Below, piece by piece: positions 53,496 to 64,000 of a stretch of 64,000 bases of DNA. Both the position numbers and the translations under genes were made by a program. The notes beneath the pieces are model-generated. The model saw nothing but the letters and a program-made list of their open reading frames with translations. It was not told the origin of the DNA and ran no database searches. How positions within the stretch are numbered: position 1 is the stretch's first letter; each line of letters opens with the position of its first letter. Source of the stretch: Tubiluchus corallicola (taxonomy: Eukaryota; Animalia; Priapulida). Location: positions 62,001 through 126,000 of the forward strand of contig JAQGDQ010002367.1 in NCBI GenBank assembly GCA_030141605.1, written 5' to 3'.

Positions 53496-54439
53496 AAAGG
53501 GGTCTGTAAACTAGGTTTCAGAAAAATCGACTTAAAAAATTGTATTACTTTATAGCAATCTTAAGCGTATATCATACTCACGCTAAAAGAAACTCCCTGT
53601 AACTAAGATAGCTATGGCGGGTTGAGTTGCAAATTATTATTAAAGACTACCGATTCACCAGATGGCAGCGAAGAAATACTAGGGCTTAAATGTAGGACCT
53701 AAAAGCGTATACACAAATCTTTTAAAAGCCTTGTTTCCCTTACTGATACATAGGGCCTAAAAATATGTTTGCTTCCGGTTTGCTGTCATTCGGCACTATA
53801 GGGGTAGGTAGGAGTAATATTTTTTTCACGTGACAGTGTCGGTGTGAATATACCAGATTGTCTAACTGATTATCACATCTTATTTCGATTAGTTCACCAG
53901 TTTTTTACATAAATACATATGTATTTAAAAGTGTAATTTTATTAAAAAATAGTTTCTAACTAATTAATAAGAGATAAATATAAACACGTCACTGTAGCAT
54001 CACTACCACTTGCCATCGCCACTCTCATCATCAAATCATTCACATTTACTTGCTTACTTGCTGCCCCCACCAGGTGGCAAGTACTTATGGTAAGTACTAA
54101 TTTACGAGGTGAATTTGCAATCTAAAGGCAAAAGTAGCAGTACTACATTGATGAACTAGGGACAATATTTTGCATTACATAGGCGAATCAATTTCTTACG
54201 TTCCTGATCTCAACAATTTCTGTTTGTTGGCCATTTGAAAAGTGCTAGTTAAGAAACCATGTCTGCCAGATTGCATGCTGCCTAGCAGCACAGAGTCCCA
54301 AACTCCCTTTTACTTTACATTTACTTTCACTGTTGCCTCAAGGTTCCTGGTGTGAATCTCGATAGACTCACGTTTTTTCAGAACCTTCCTCTCTAAATGT
54401 AACTACTAATTTTACTTTTACACAAATTCAAAATTTCTG

Positions 54440-55680
54440 ATTAAAAATTGATCAATAGGTCTGATTAAATATTGTTACCAGTCTTCTCTAAAAATGGAAA
54501 AATGTATTCTCATTTAACATCTTACTTTGCAGAATTTAACTTTCTAAACTCACGGCAATTTGGTTTTCAAAGTGGAAGTTCAACTGGCTTTGCTCTCTCA
54601 TCCATATAGTCAATAACATTATAAACAAAATATAGTTAGGAATATTCTGTGGCCGTCAAAAACATTTGGCACGTAGATAAATTTAAAAAAATTGCAGGGG
54701 AATAGGTGTCAGAGGAATAACAAAGACCTGGTATGAAAGCTACTTTAACACACACAAATGGTGAAATCCAACAATCATATGCCAGAAATTGAATACGGGT
54801 TAGTATTAGTATTAGGCCTGGTACTTTCCCGTATTTACATAATGCTAAAGATAAGGTAAACATATTCCAGTTTACTGATGACACAAACTTGTTTTTCAAT
54901 GGGATAAAGCTTATTACTGACATCATCAGGCTAAACAATATCCTAAACAAAGTTTCAGTCTGGTTCAAAACAAATAAATTAGCTTTAACTCCTAGCAAAA
55001 CCAAACGTATTTTGTGTAGATCGTGAAACAAAACTTTACTTTAGATGTCAATTATAGAATGAATAATGAAATTATAGAAAAAAAGAAGCAAAATGAAATT
55101 GTTGGGAGTTATTTATGAACTTTTAAATTCAGGGCCCTATATTAAAACAGTACAAACAAAGATCAGAAAGAATATACGAACAACAACACACACAAAATAT
55201 CAATTAGCTTATCTGTTGCTATTGTCATTTTACAATTGCCTTATCTTACCGTATTTCAACTGTTGCAATATAGTTTGGGATTTGACTTATAAAACAAAGC
55301 TAAACAAGTTTAGATAACTACCAAAAAGAATCCATAAGAGTACTATATTCCATAAACAAAATGGAATACACCAATGACATGCTTTTCAGGCAGCAAAATT
55401 ATTCAACTAGATGACCTTATTATAGCTTACATTATGTGTACATACAAAACCAACAACAAACTTTTTCGTAACTTCTACACTAACCCCGTTACACTAAGTG
55501 ACAGAAGATACTACACAAGAAATAATGAATATAATGTACCTTACTGGAGGGCAGACACAGCCAGATTATTTGTCATGTTCTAGGGACCACTTACTTGGAA
55601 CAGGTTGGACAATACCATGAAATCACTGTTCTCTTGTGAACTTTAAGAAGGATTTAAAAAATTACAGATAATTACAAATA
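54440..55680 (+). mobile_element. L2/CR1-group LINE RT relic in PI4KA intron 1
   Basis: RQFGFQSGSST, QFTDDTNLF, WFKTNKLALTPSKTK, LILPYFNCCNIVW, GPLTWN. Confidence 0.82.
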
Positions 55681-56576
55681 AACTAAATAAATTAACTTTT
55701 TAAAACAGCTCAGTATATTCCCCATACTATAATTCATAGCATAGTTAGTGTATAATATTATAATAATGGTTAGTATAATATTATTTGGTACTAGAACACT
55801 GACGTTAAAGTTCATGTAAATAAGTGTACAGTGTTGCTGGCATTTAACATAATTATTTTGTAGTCAGCCATATTTTCTGTTTTCCTTGTTTCCTATTTTT
55901 TTCTTTTCCCTATCCTGTACTAACCACATCTTTGGCCATTGCTTACCTCTATTTGACCTTTTGAGTCTCCCGTTAAGTTAGGCTTTAGGAGGACTTGTAA
56001 CACAACACATTATCGTAACTTTCTTTGCTCATAAAATTTACATTATTTTCTACTATAATATTGACTCTGTTATGTGTTGCATTATGTGGAATAGACGAAC
56101 CTTGAATTGTTAAATGTAATAAAAATCATCTAAAATCTTATTGCGTGATTCGGTGGTAGCGGTAGTGGTAATAAGATTTTATTTTTAGTCAGGTTAGTAC
56201 TAATTGTACAATAAAAAACATTAGTTATAATAGCTGTTTGTATTGAAAACACTATGAAACTCTGTACATGTATGTCATAACATTTGATCATTATTATTTA
56301 TTATACATTGCACCCATCATCCCTGCAAAGGTAGCAGATTCAGACTAACTTAAAATTACACAGCCTATGAAACTGACAATTCAAATTATAACAAAGAAAG
56401 TTATAAGCATAAATTATCCCTAACATTACCAATGTCATTATCCTTGGAATCCGAAGCACTTAGATTTGGTTATCTTTTGGTAATCACTTAACCTGTTTTT
56501 TGCATAATTTGTAATAATTTGCTATGTTTCTTTGACAATCAGTTATTGTTAACTATAATTTTTATTTTTTTGACAG

Positions 56577-56696
56577 GTAGCACGATTACTTGCAATGTGT
56601 CCGCAAAAAAATTCTCTAGGTGTTTTTGTGATTACATTGAGATCTCAACAAGCAGTCGTAGCTCTTGGTGTATATCTGCTAGAATCAAATTTACAG
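56577..56696 (+). CDS. PI4KA: PI4KA exon 2
   Basis: TTTTGACAG|...|GTAGGT, 120 nt. VARLLAMCPQKNSLGVFVITLRSQQAVVALGVYLLESNLQ vs PI4KA VQKLLCMCP...DAVIALGIFLIESDLQ. Confidence 0.92.
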
Positions 56697-57879
56697 GTAG
56701 GTATAATGTTTACTAAAACTGTGTTTTGAAAGTCAAACTGAAAAATGCTGTTTTGTTAAGATTCTGCTACACAGCAGAGTATTCTTGATTTAGCTGAGCT
56801 TGGTTTTAATTTCTTTATTCGTATTGCTTTTTTGCTTCTTTAATACGTTGCAAATGCACAGACATGCTTCACATGCATGGGGTTTATGTTCATATGTAAA
56901 CATGTGACCCAGTACATCGGAACAAAAGTCATGGAATAGGAGGATCTTGGTTAAGCTAGTTCTCTTCTGCGCTTTTGTCACGATTTTTGATATGTGACTA
57001 GATGGGGTCAAGTTTTTGCTTATAGCTGAGTATGGGTGCATATGGGAAAATTTTTTGAGCCAAAATCGGCACCTTTGGTAAGGCACAGAAATTATTTCCA
57101 AGTTGAGCAAGAGTAGCTGGTAGTAGTTTATCAGTATAATTGAAAGGTCTCGCCCTAACACAAACTTAGGGGTTGATCCGAGATTGGCTGATGGGAAATG
57201 ATTAACAGGGTCATAGGTATAATGACAAGTTCCGACTTCTTTGAATTTAAAATGCAATTTGTTGATAATCAAGGATAGCAAATTCAAGATGAAGCAATAT
57301 TACTACCAATAAACAAATTTTTAAGGTCATTTCAGTGTCAGTTAAGAAATAATAGGTTTCGTGAAGTGAAGTGCAATTCCTAGATATTCAGGCATTGTTA
57401 ATACACCAAATTCAATGAAAGAAAAAATTTTGATTTTCAAAGAAAAAGTTGATGGCAATAAATATTTGAAGATGAAGTTATCGGGGTAACGTATTTCTTT
57501 GAGATTAAGCACAATACTTATTTAGTCAAGTATGGCCAATTCAAAGAAAGTTGGAGAAAAGGAAAGTTGTGACCCTGATTTGTACAATTGAACGACATCT
57601 AGCACAAAATTGGGTACATACATGTTCAAATGTGTTCTTATTTTGAAATTGGAAAGTGAGAGAACAGGACAGAGGGAGAGTGGGGGAGGACAGAGAGAGA
57701 TACTTTTTTATGATTGAAAAAAATTATTATTATAAAATTACAATGTTCAGTTATTTTGCTGTGGAAACAAAATACTCATTTAGCATTGATGTTAAAATGT
57801 TTGAGCAACAATGAATGCTTCATTCATGAAAATGTACTTTTCAGTAGTGTTCATTTGCAATGTTCATTTGCCTTTTCAG

Positions 57880-57973
57880 CACAAAGATCACATTGTCCCA
57901 TATTTGTTGAGCTTGCTACTGGGTCTTTTAAAGGCACACTGGGTTGAAGAACATTTACCACAATCACAGGACA
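57880..57973 (+). CDS. PI4KA: PI4KA exon 3
   Basis: CCTTTTCAG|...|GTATGT, 94 nt, phase 0/1. HKDHIVPYLLSLLLGLLKAHWVEE vs PI4KA [24 protein letters not shown]. Confidence 0.92.
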
Positions 57974-59239
57974 GTATGTATTACAGTGTAATAACATTTC
58001 ATCTCTTTTCTTATGTTGTATTCTGTGAAAAGAAGAGAGACTACTTAGCTCTGAAATATTTGTTTTGTTATGCTGTATGAATTTTACTTCATCTCCCGTG
58101 TTTTCTGTGAAAAGAAAAGAGACTATTTAGTTTTGTTGCACGTCTTTTACAGTGTTTATAGCAATTTTAAAGTACACATTCACTCATAGTTAATATACAG
58201 TTAATTTTAGATTTTTATAATTAATTTTTGTATAGATTACTCAGTTATCTATCCATTAAGCAAGACATGCCATGCTTTAACGTTATTTAAGGAGTATGAA
58301 AAGGGAATTTTAAAGCTTACATACTTTATATTGCTTTGCACTACTGTTACCTGTTTGAAAGATCACATGCGCCTGAAAAAGGAAATTCTATATATTGTAA
58401 AATATTTGTAACAGCAGCTAAAACATCACTGTTTCACTATTCTAGTGTGCACCAAAACCATCATTGGTTCACCAATAAACATATTAACATATTAATTTTT
58501 TTAACCTAACTCAAATGATAAAGTAATTTATACTTTTGCTTAGTAAGAGAAGTGTGAGCTACAAATGTTCTAATTATATTTTGGACTTTGTTTAAACTTG
58601 TTTCCAATGAACGTAAGTTGAGGGAGTTTCAATTTTCTGTAGCGTTACTGTTAAGACAAGTTCTGCCTGCCATAAAACAGCTTGTAGGTGATTCAAAATT
58701 TCAAGATAATTTTTATATAAGAATAGTGCTTTTTAATAACCTATTAATAGCCACACATCTGTATTGCCAAAGTCATAGCTGTTCCTAGAGTGGCATTTAT
58801 CAATAAAAATAACAAGGTTATTATGTGTAAAATCATACTTGAAAAAATATGCTGTTAAAAATTTTTAATTAGAAGGGTCTTATTTAAACATTATAGTTTT
58901 TTAATAGTCATTTTCATAACAAAGAGGCACACTTGTTCCTTTCATTGTGTTCCACGCATTTGACTTGTCATTAGATCTATGCAAGTGTTTGAGCTGGCGT
59001 CTGAGAAATTAAGTAGATAAGGTAAGCTTCATCAAGTATGTACAATATTGTACATGTAGTTATGGTTTTGTCATATAATACATGTCCAGTTGTCCAGTAG
59101 GTATTCGTAGATAGTGTAATAAAAAATGTGTGGGGATTAAAAATATTATAGTAGTAGTAGGATGTGCTGCTAAAATATGTCCAGAACTACTGACAATTTC
59201 TTTTAGTAAATTAAATATACTTAGTTAAATGGGTTCATG

Positions 59240-59950
59240 ATGACTTTATGACAGATTATTCAGCACGTCGATCACCTTGCCTTAACCATTCTCAAGAATA
59301 CATACAGATTTAATCTAAATTGAATACATTATAATATTAGTTAGAGAAGCTCCATCAGTGGTCTAAGGACTATCGTAAGCAGATAAACTGATATTACTAT
59401 TGCTGATAAACAGAAACAAAGCTCCTTCCAATATACATTGCAGATGTACCACTAACAATGGTCAGCTCACATGAATATCTTGGAGTTATAATAAATCAAA
59501 ATCTCTGTTGAAATGACCACACTGATAGGATTCTGTCTAAAGAAACATCACTTTGGATCCATTAGGTAGAATGTTTACTGATCTGAGGAAGTAAACCAGA
59601 CTGCTTATTACACATTAGTCAACATACACTAATAGACACCTAGGCAGGAATATGCTGTTGTGCATGGAGCCTTTATACCCAATATAATATCATCAACTTG
59701 GAGAAGGTTCAGCATCAAGCAGCACTTTGGAGAATAGACGGCCACTTTACCAAGCCACAATGTTTTATAAAATTCAGCATGAACTGTTGACTATGCCCTC
59801 TCCTGTAAGCAGATCCTTCTTATGCACCCATTCATGCCATCAGTACAAATATGTCCAAGTCCCATCAAGTCCTTTTATCCTCGTACAATCAGGATCTAGA
59901 ACAGATTTCCAACCAAAGCAGTAAATGCTAGTTTTACTGAAACATTTTGG
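59240..59950 (+). mobile_element. LINE 3' fragment in PI4KA intron 3
   Basis: SSHEYLGVII, LEKVQHQAA, FYPRTIRI motifs. Confidence 0.72.
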
Positions 59951-60536
59951 CAGGTGATACTTGATCTCATCAGAGTCAAAAAGCAGCCTGCTCACATTTA
60001 ATTACTGTCGATTCCAACTTATTACTGCAGTAATTTTCAAGCTCTATCGATTAAATCTTAGCTGCTTGGAGAGTTAGGGAGATTTTTCCAGAATTGCCAG
60101 CTGGAATCCATACAACACAAAGTCGTTAAGGCCGCTACACACAACTGCACCACACTGGGAGTCATCTGGAGGAGCCTGATCAGGATTCTGATTTCGACCA
60201 CTGATTGTAAAGTGATTGATTGATGTCTTGCAAAGACATTTGATGCCTTATAAATGTAGTTTTTATTTTCTTTTTCTGTTTTTTTTTGTTGACTATTAAT
60301 TATGGACGAGCATTAATGGTTAAATACAACACTCTAGTTTGCAAAAATCTTCATTTTTTTCTGTCAGCAATATTTTCAACCTGTTTCTTTGTTTGTATTT
60401 CTGTTTCTGTCACAGTTCTGAATTCGGAAATTTGCTGTTTTGTTTGAATTCCGAATTCTGAAAAACTGGGTTACATTTAAAACAAACTTTTATATTTTTT
60501 GGTAGCACATGCTTCATTAATGTACGTCATTTTTAG

Positions 60537-60622
60537 GAATTCCTCTAAGTGAAAAGTTCGGTTTTTGTCTTGTCACACTACTGTCAGATGTAGCTAGCCG
60601 ATGTGAATTCTACAAACAACAG
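60537..60622 (+). CDS. PI4KA: PI4KA exon 4
   Basis: TTTTTAG|...CAG|GTAATT, 86 nt, phase 1/0. (R)[28 protein letters not shown] vs PI4KA [21 protein letters not shown]. Confidence 0.92.
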
Positions 60623-61563
60623 GTAATTACAGATCTATGAAATCACATAGCTGTCATTATGCAATTTACAAAGTCTGTATACACTATTTGGAAAGTGTGT
60701 ATATTATTAATATTGGTCAACGGGTAACATTAATAGTTGATAGCTTATTAGATTAATGTGTTGTTTGATTTGCAACCAAGGCTCTGACTTTTCTAAAGTA
60801 AGCTAAAAAAGCAATCTCGGCCATAGTTGGACACGATCCAAGTTCCAGACTCGGAATATTGAATAAATAATCAGCGATATGTATATTGTTGTAACAAACG
60901 AATTTTTATAAGCAGATACGAAAAGAAAACAAAAAGTGCCAAGAAATCTTGGTATTGGTTGCTGAGGTAAAGGCCTATTGTGGGACACTAATCTTAGTAT
61001 ATTAATACAATTGTGTACTCGGCATTGCAAAATAAACTATGACAGTAGCAATGACAGTAATGAGTGCACCAGGTTGCCCTTCTTATCATCATTGTTATTT
61101 GTTTCTGTACAGTTTGCTCTATTGTCACGTTATTTCGCCTCTGGAGAGCAGTGAAGGGCACACATAGGCAATGTTTCTTTTTGTGTCTTGCAGCTTTTTC
61201 CTCATTTTGCCATCACACTGTGCAACTCCTAATCTTAATTACTTAATTTAAATCTAATTAAAATTTAAGTTCTAAATTTTACAGATCATTAATCCTAATA
61301 AAGTTTTTCTCCAGTTACTAAAATTCACAATAAATCAACACTTGAGTCCACAGCTTTATTCTGCCACTAATAAATTACCGTGAAATTGGTATTATAAATT
61401 ATTAAAAAAATGTTTTTACAAACTGTAATACAAGTTTATGCAGTGATTCCACATGCACATATGATGGGAATACTAAAGTTACTGCTAATGACAGTTGCTT
61501 TTTACTCTCAACTTTTCTATGACTTTTGTTTTCTGTTAATTGTTTCTTGCTTTTATGTCTTAG

Positions 61564-61657
61564 ATTATAGTAAGTCAAATTGAGCTATTGAAAGTAGCTA
61601 CTATAATGTGCAAAGGTTTTCGTGAAGAACGTGGACCAAGGAGCAGTACTGCTAAAG
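61564..61657 (+). CDS. PI4KA: PI4KA exon 5
   Basis: GTCTTAG|...AAG|GTAAAA, 94 nt, phase 0/1. IIVSQIELLKVATIMCKGFREERGPRSSTAK; phases link exon 4 to exon 6 exactly. Confidence 0.85.
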
Positions 61658-62565
61658 GTAAAACAAATTTGCTAGTATTATTTTTTTGATAAATAATAAC
61701 AGCTAAATCCATTTTACACGTAGCATCACCATAATTGATTTGATATGATTTTAGATGAGTTTTAAGTTTTATACCAAAGTCTGTGAAAACTTTCACACAG
61801 TGCAAACTGCAAAATAGAACTGATTTTTTTTTTTGAAAATGTGTTCAAAATTGTGAGATTTTTGCATCAAGTCTAATGTGAGGTAAGTGTAACACCGGTA
61901 ATACTCAGATCAATATAATGAATCAATTATAGTTTTGAAAGTTTAAAAAATTAGAAACAATTCAAAATTAACGTATAATTCGCTTATATAATTTATCATT
62001 TTTTGTATAGTAAAAACTACATGAAGTCTGGTCTCCATATTTAGATCAACTAACGGTCATATCATCCAGGACTTGTGATCATAATGATATATTAATACTA
62101 CTACTAGTATTACTACTACTACTACTACTAATAATAATAATAACAATCATTACTGTATTGTAACAATTTATTACAGTGCTTTTCCACTGTAAAGTATTTT
62201 ATTTTATTTATGAAATAGGTAAAATGATTAAAGCACTTACGAATCTAAAAGTAAAAATTAGTGCACCGTAGGAGAACAAACTGCAAATCTAAAAGGCATT
62301 TACTACAACAATTTAAAAATCTATAATTTCTGTTATGCTACAAAAAATAATATTCTTAAATGAAAAGATAAATGTATGTATATGTATTATATATCAGACA
62401 GAGATAATCTGTTAGCACTTAGCTGTTATCCCAAATATATTATCTGAAAACAAATTATCTTATTTCTACCTAATGCAAATGGCAAGTGATTAAATTATGA
62501 AATCTGTGTTATTTGATTATAAAGCTCGGACACTTCTTGCATAATTATATTATTCTATTTTGTAG

Positions 62566-62896
62566 TGCATTTGTGTCGAACAGTTGTACCAATTCTTATT
62601 GGTGTTGCTAGAGCATTTGGACGAGCTGCTGATGGCGACCCACCATTGTTTTGTCGTATATTTCCACCAATAAGAATGCCGCAGAACATCAAACAACCAG
62701 TTAAAACTACAGTAAACATGACAAAGCAACGCAGCTTCAACACTTTTCGCTCAATTATACCAAAGTCAATTTCGCAAAGCTGTTCAGTGGGTCAGGATTT
62801 TCTTTCCTTAGCTGTGAAGAACAAAAGTGAGATAGATGCTACCACCCATTTAGATTTTTTCCCTATGGTTTCTCAACAAGAAACAGATCAGATGTG
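62566..62896 (+). CDS. PI4KA: PI4KA exon 6 (gene continues beyond the window)
   Basis: TTTTGTAG|...TG|GTAAGA. HLCRTVVPILIGVARAFGR...LFCRIFP...RSFNTFRSIIP vs PI4KA YLCKYAIPCLIGISRAFGR...RSFNDFRSILP. Confidence 0.92.
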
Positions 62897-64000
62897 GTAA
62901 GAATTATTATCAGTTTGATGCAACTTGAGCTGGCTATAGCTTTTGTAGTGTTACTGAAAGAAACTATTTTCATTAAAAACTTTAAAACATAAAGTACTAA
63001 AAGCATGTCAAACATTTCTGCTGCATGGCGTAGTAGTCATTTTCAGTATGATAGAATTCACAAACTGCAACAAATTTTGTAGATGAAGCCTGCAATATTT
63101 GTAAATGTCTAGTAAATATAATATATAGTAACCGAAGATATAGTAAAACAAACTAATAGAGAAAAAGATATACAGTAAAATATAATTAGGATAAAAATAA
63201 CTGCCAGCACCCACTTAAGTAGATCTTGGCCTGCACTGCACTGTGTGTCATTGTAGTTAATTTGTACGTCAGTTGAATGAAAAAGGGTAAAAGTACATCT
63301 GTATAGTAGGAGACAAAATAATGGTATTTTTATGATATTTTTTCCGACGAATATTGTTGTTTAGTTACACTCAGTATCAGAATGAAAGTTTTGTTATTAT
63401 TTGCTGAGTGCAGTCGATTCGGGTCAGAAGTTAAAAATTAAGCCAAAAGAAATCAGTACATTTATGACACTGAAATTACCAAGGCACAAAGAATGTTGCA
63501 AAATTAAAAGAGTAAAATTTCAGTTATCAGTATTGAAGTAGAAATACCCTTCAGAGAGAGAGAGAGAGAGCTAGAGAATTTATAAATAAAAGGGGAAAAT
63601 TTTCACCTTTCACGAGATTTGGGCAAAAAATCATAACTGCACAAAAGCAGTTACTCAGGCCGTGTTTCCACTGCTTCCGTATCTACACGCACACACACAG
63701 TTTTTTTTTTGTTTGCAAATTTTACATCCGCGGAAGCTTTTTCCAGTGCATCTGTATTCATTGTGCAGTATTCATATAACAGTGCGGCAAAAATTTTAGC
63801 GCGTAATCTAGATTTGGGAGTTTTGAGGCGAACGAAGCATATATTTCTTTTTAAAGGTTTAAAAATGGCAATAAAGCACGTGACAACACCTAGTTTTCAA
63901 AAACCGTGAATATTGGAACAAGTTATAATGGGTGAAAAACAGTGCCTAAGTTATTTAAGAATGTAACCTGCAACTCTTTGACTTAATTTGCAAATTTTGC

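Noticed and set aside
56790-57287. 165-aa minus-strand ORF in PI4KA intron 2
   Set aside because: No recognisable domain beyond a faint LINE endonuclease-like 'NHFP'; probably decayed repeat.

Overview
AT-rich animal (invertebrate-type) genomic DNA that is mostly decayed transposons, containing two spliced host genes arranged head-to-head. (1) Minus strand: a Shaw/Kv3 (KCNC-type) voltage-gated K+ channel with three coding exons (35158-34625, 20848-20645, 7477-6641), all phase 0 with GT/AG junctions. They encode T1 with the HX5CX20CC Zn motif, S1-S6, the TIGYGD filter and the PVP hinge; the C-terminal exon(s) probably lie left of the window. (2) Plus strand: the first six coding exons of phosphatidylinositol 4-kinase alpha (PI4KA; 51763-62896), which I reconstructed by reading splice sites because the ORF track catches only parts. 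Introns and intergenic DNA hold Gypsy and BEL/Pao LTR relics, solo-LTR candidates, several non-LTR (LINE) relics, an Academ-like relic and microsatellites. The clearest structural find is a 6.2-kb Mutator-like element (9525-15732) with TIRs and a perfect 9-bp TSD. It carries an intron-containing, internally deleted transposase, a triplicated CCAAT promoter unit, a nested 726-bp MITE with its own 9-bp TSD, and a miniature INT-before-RNaseH (Gmr1-like) retroelement. I do not see a clearly new biological system; the findings are ranked leads. Family assignments come from motif recall, not database searches.
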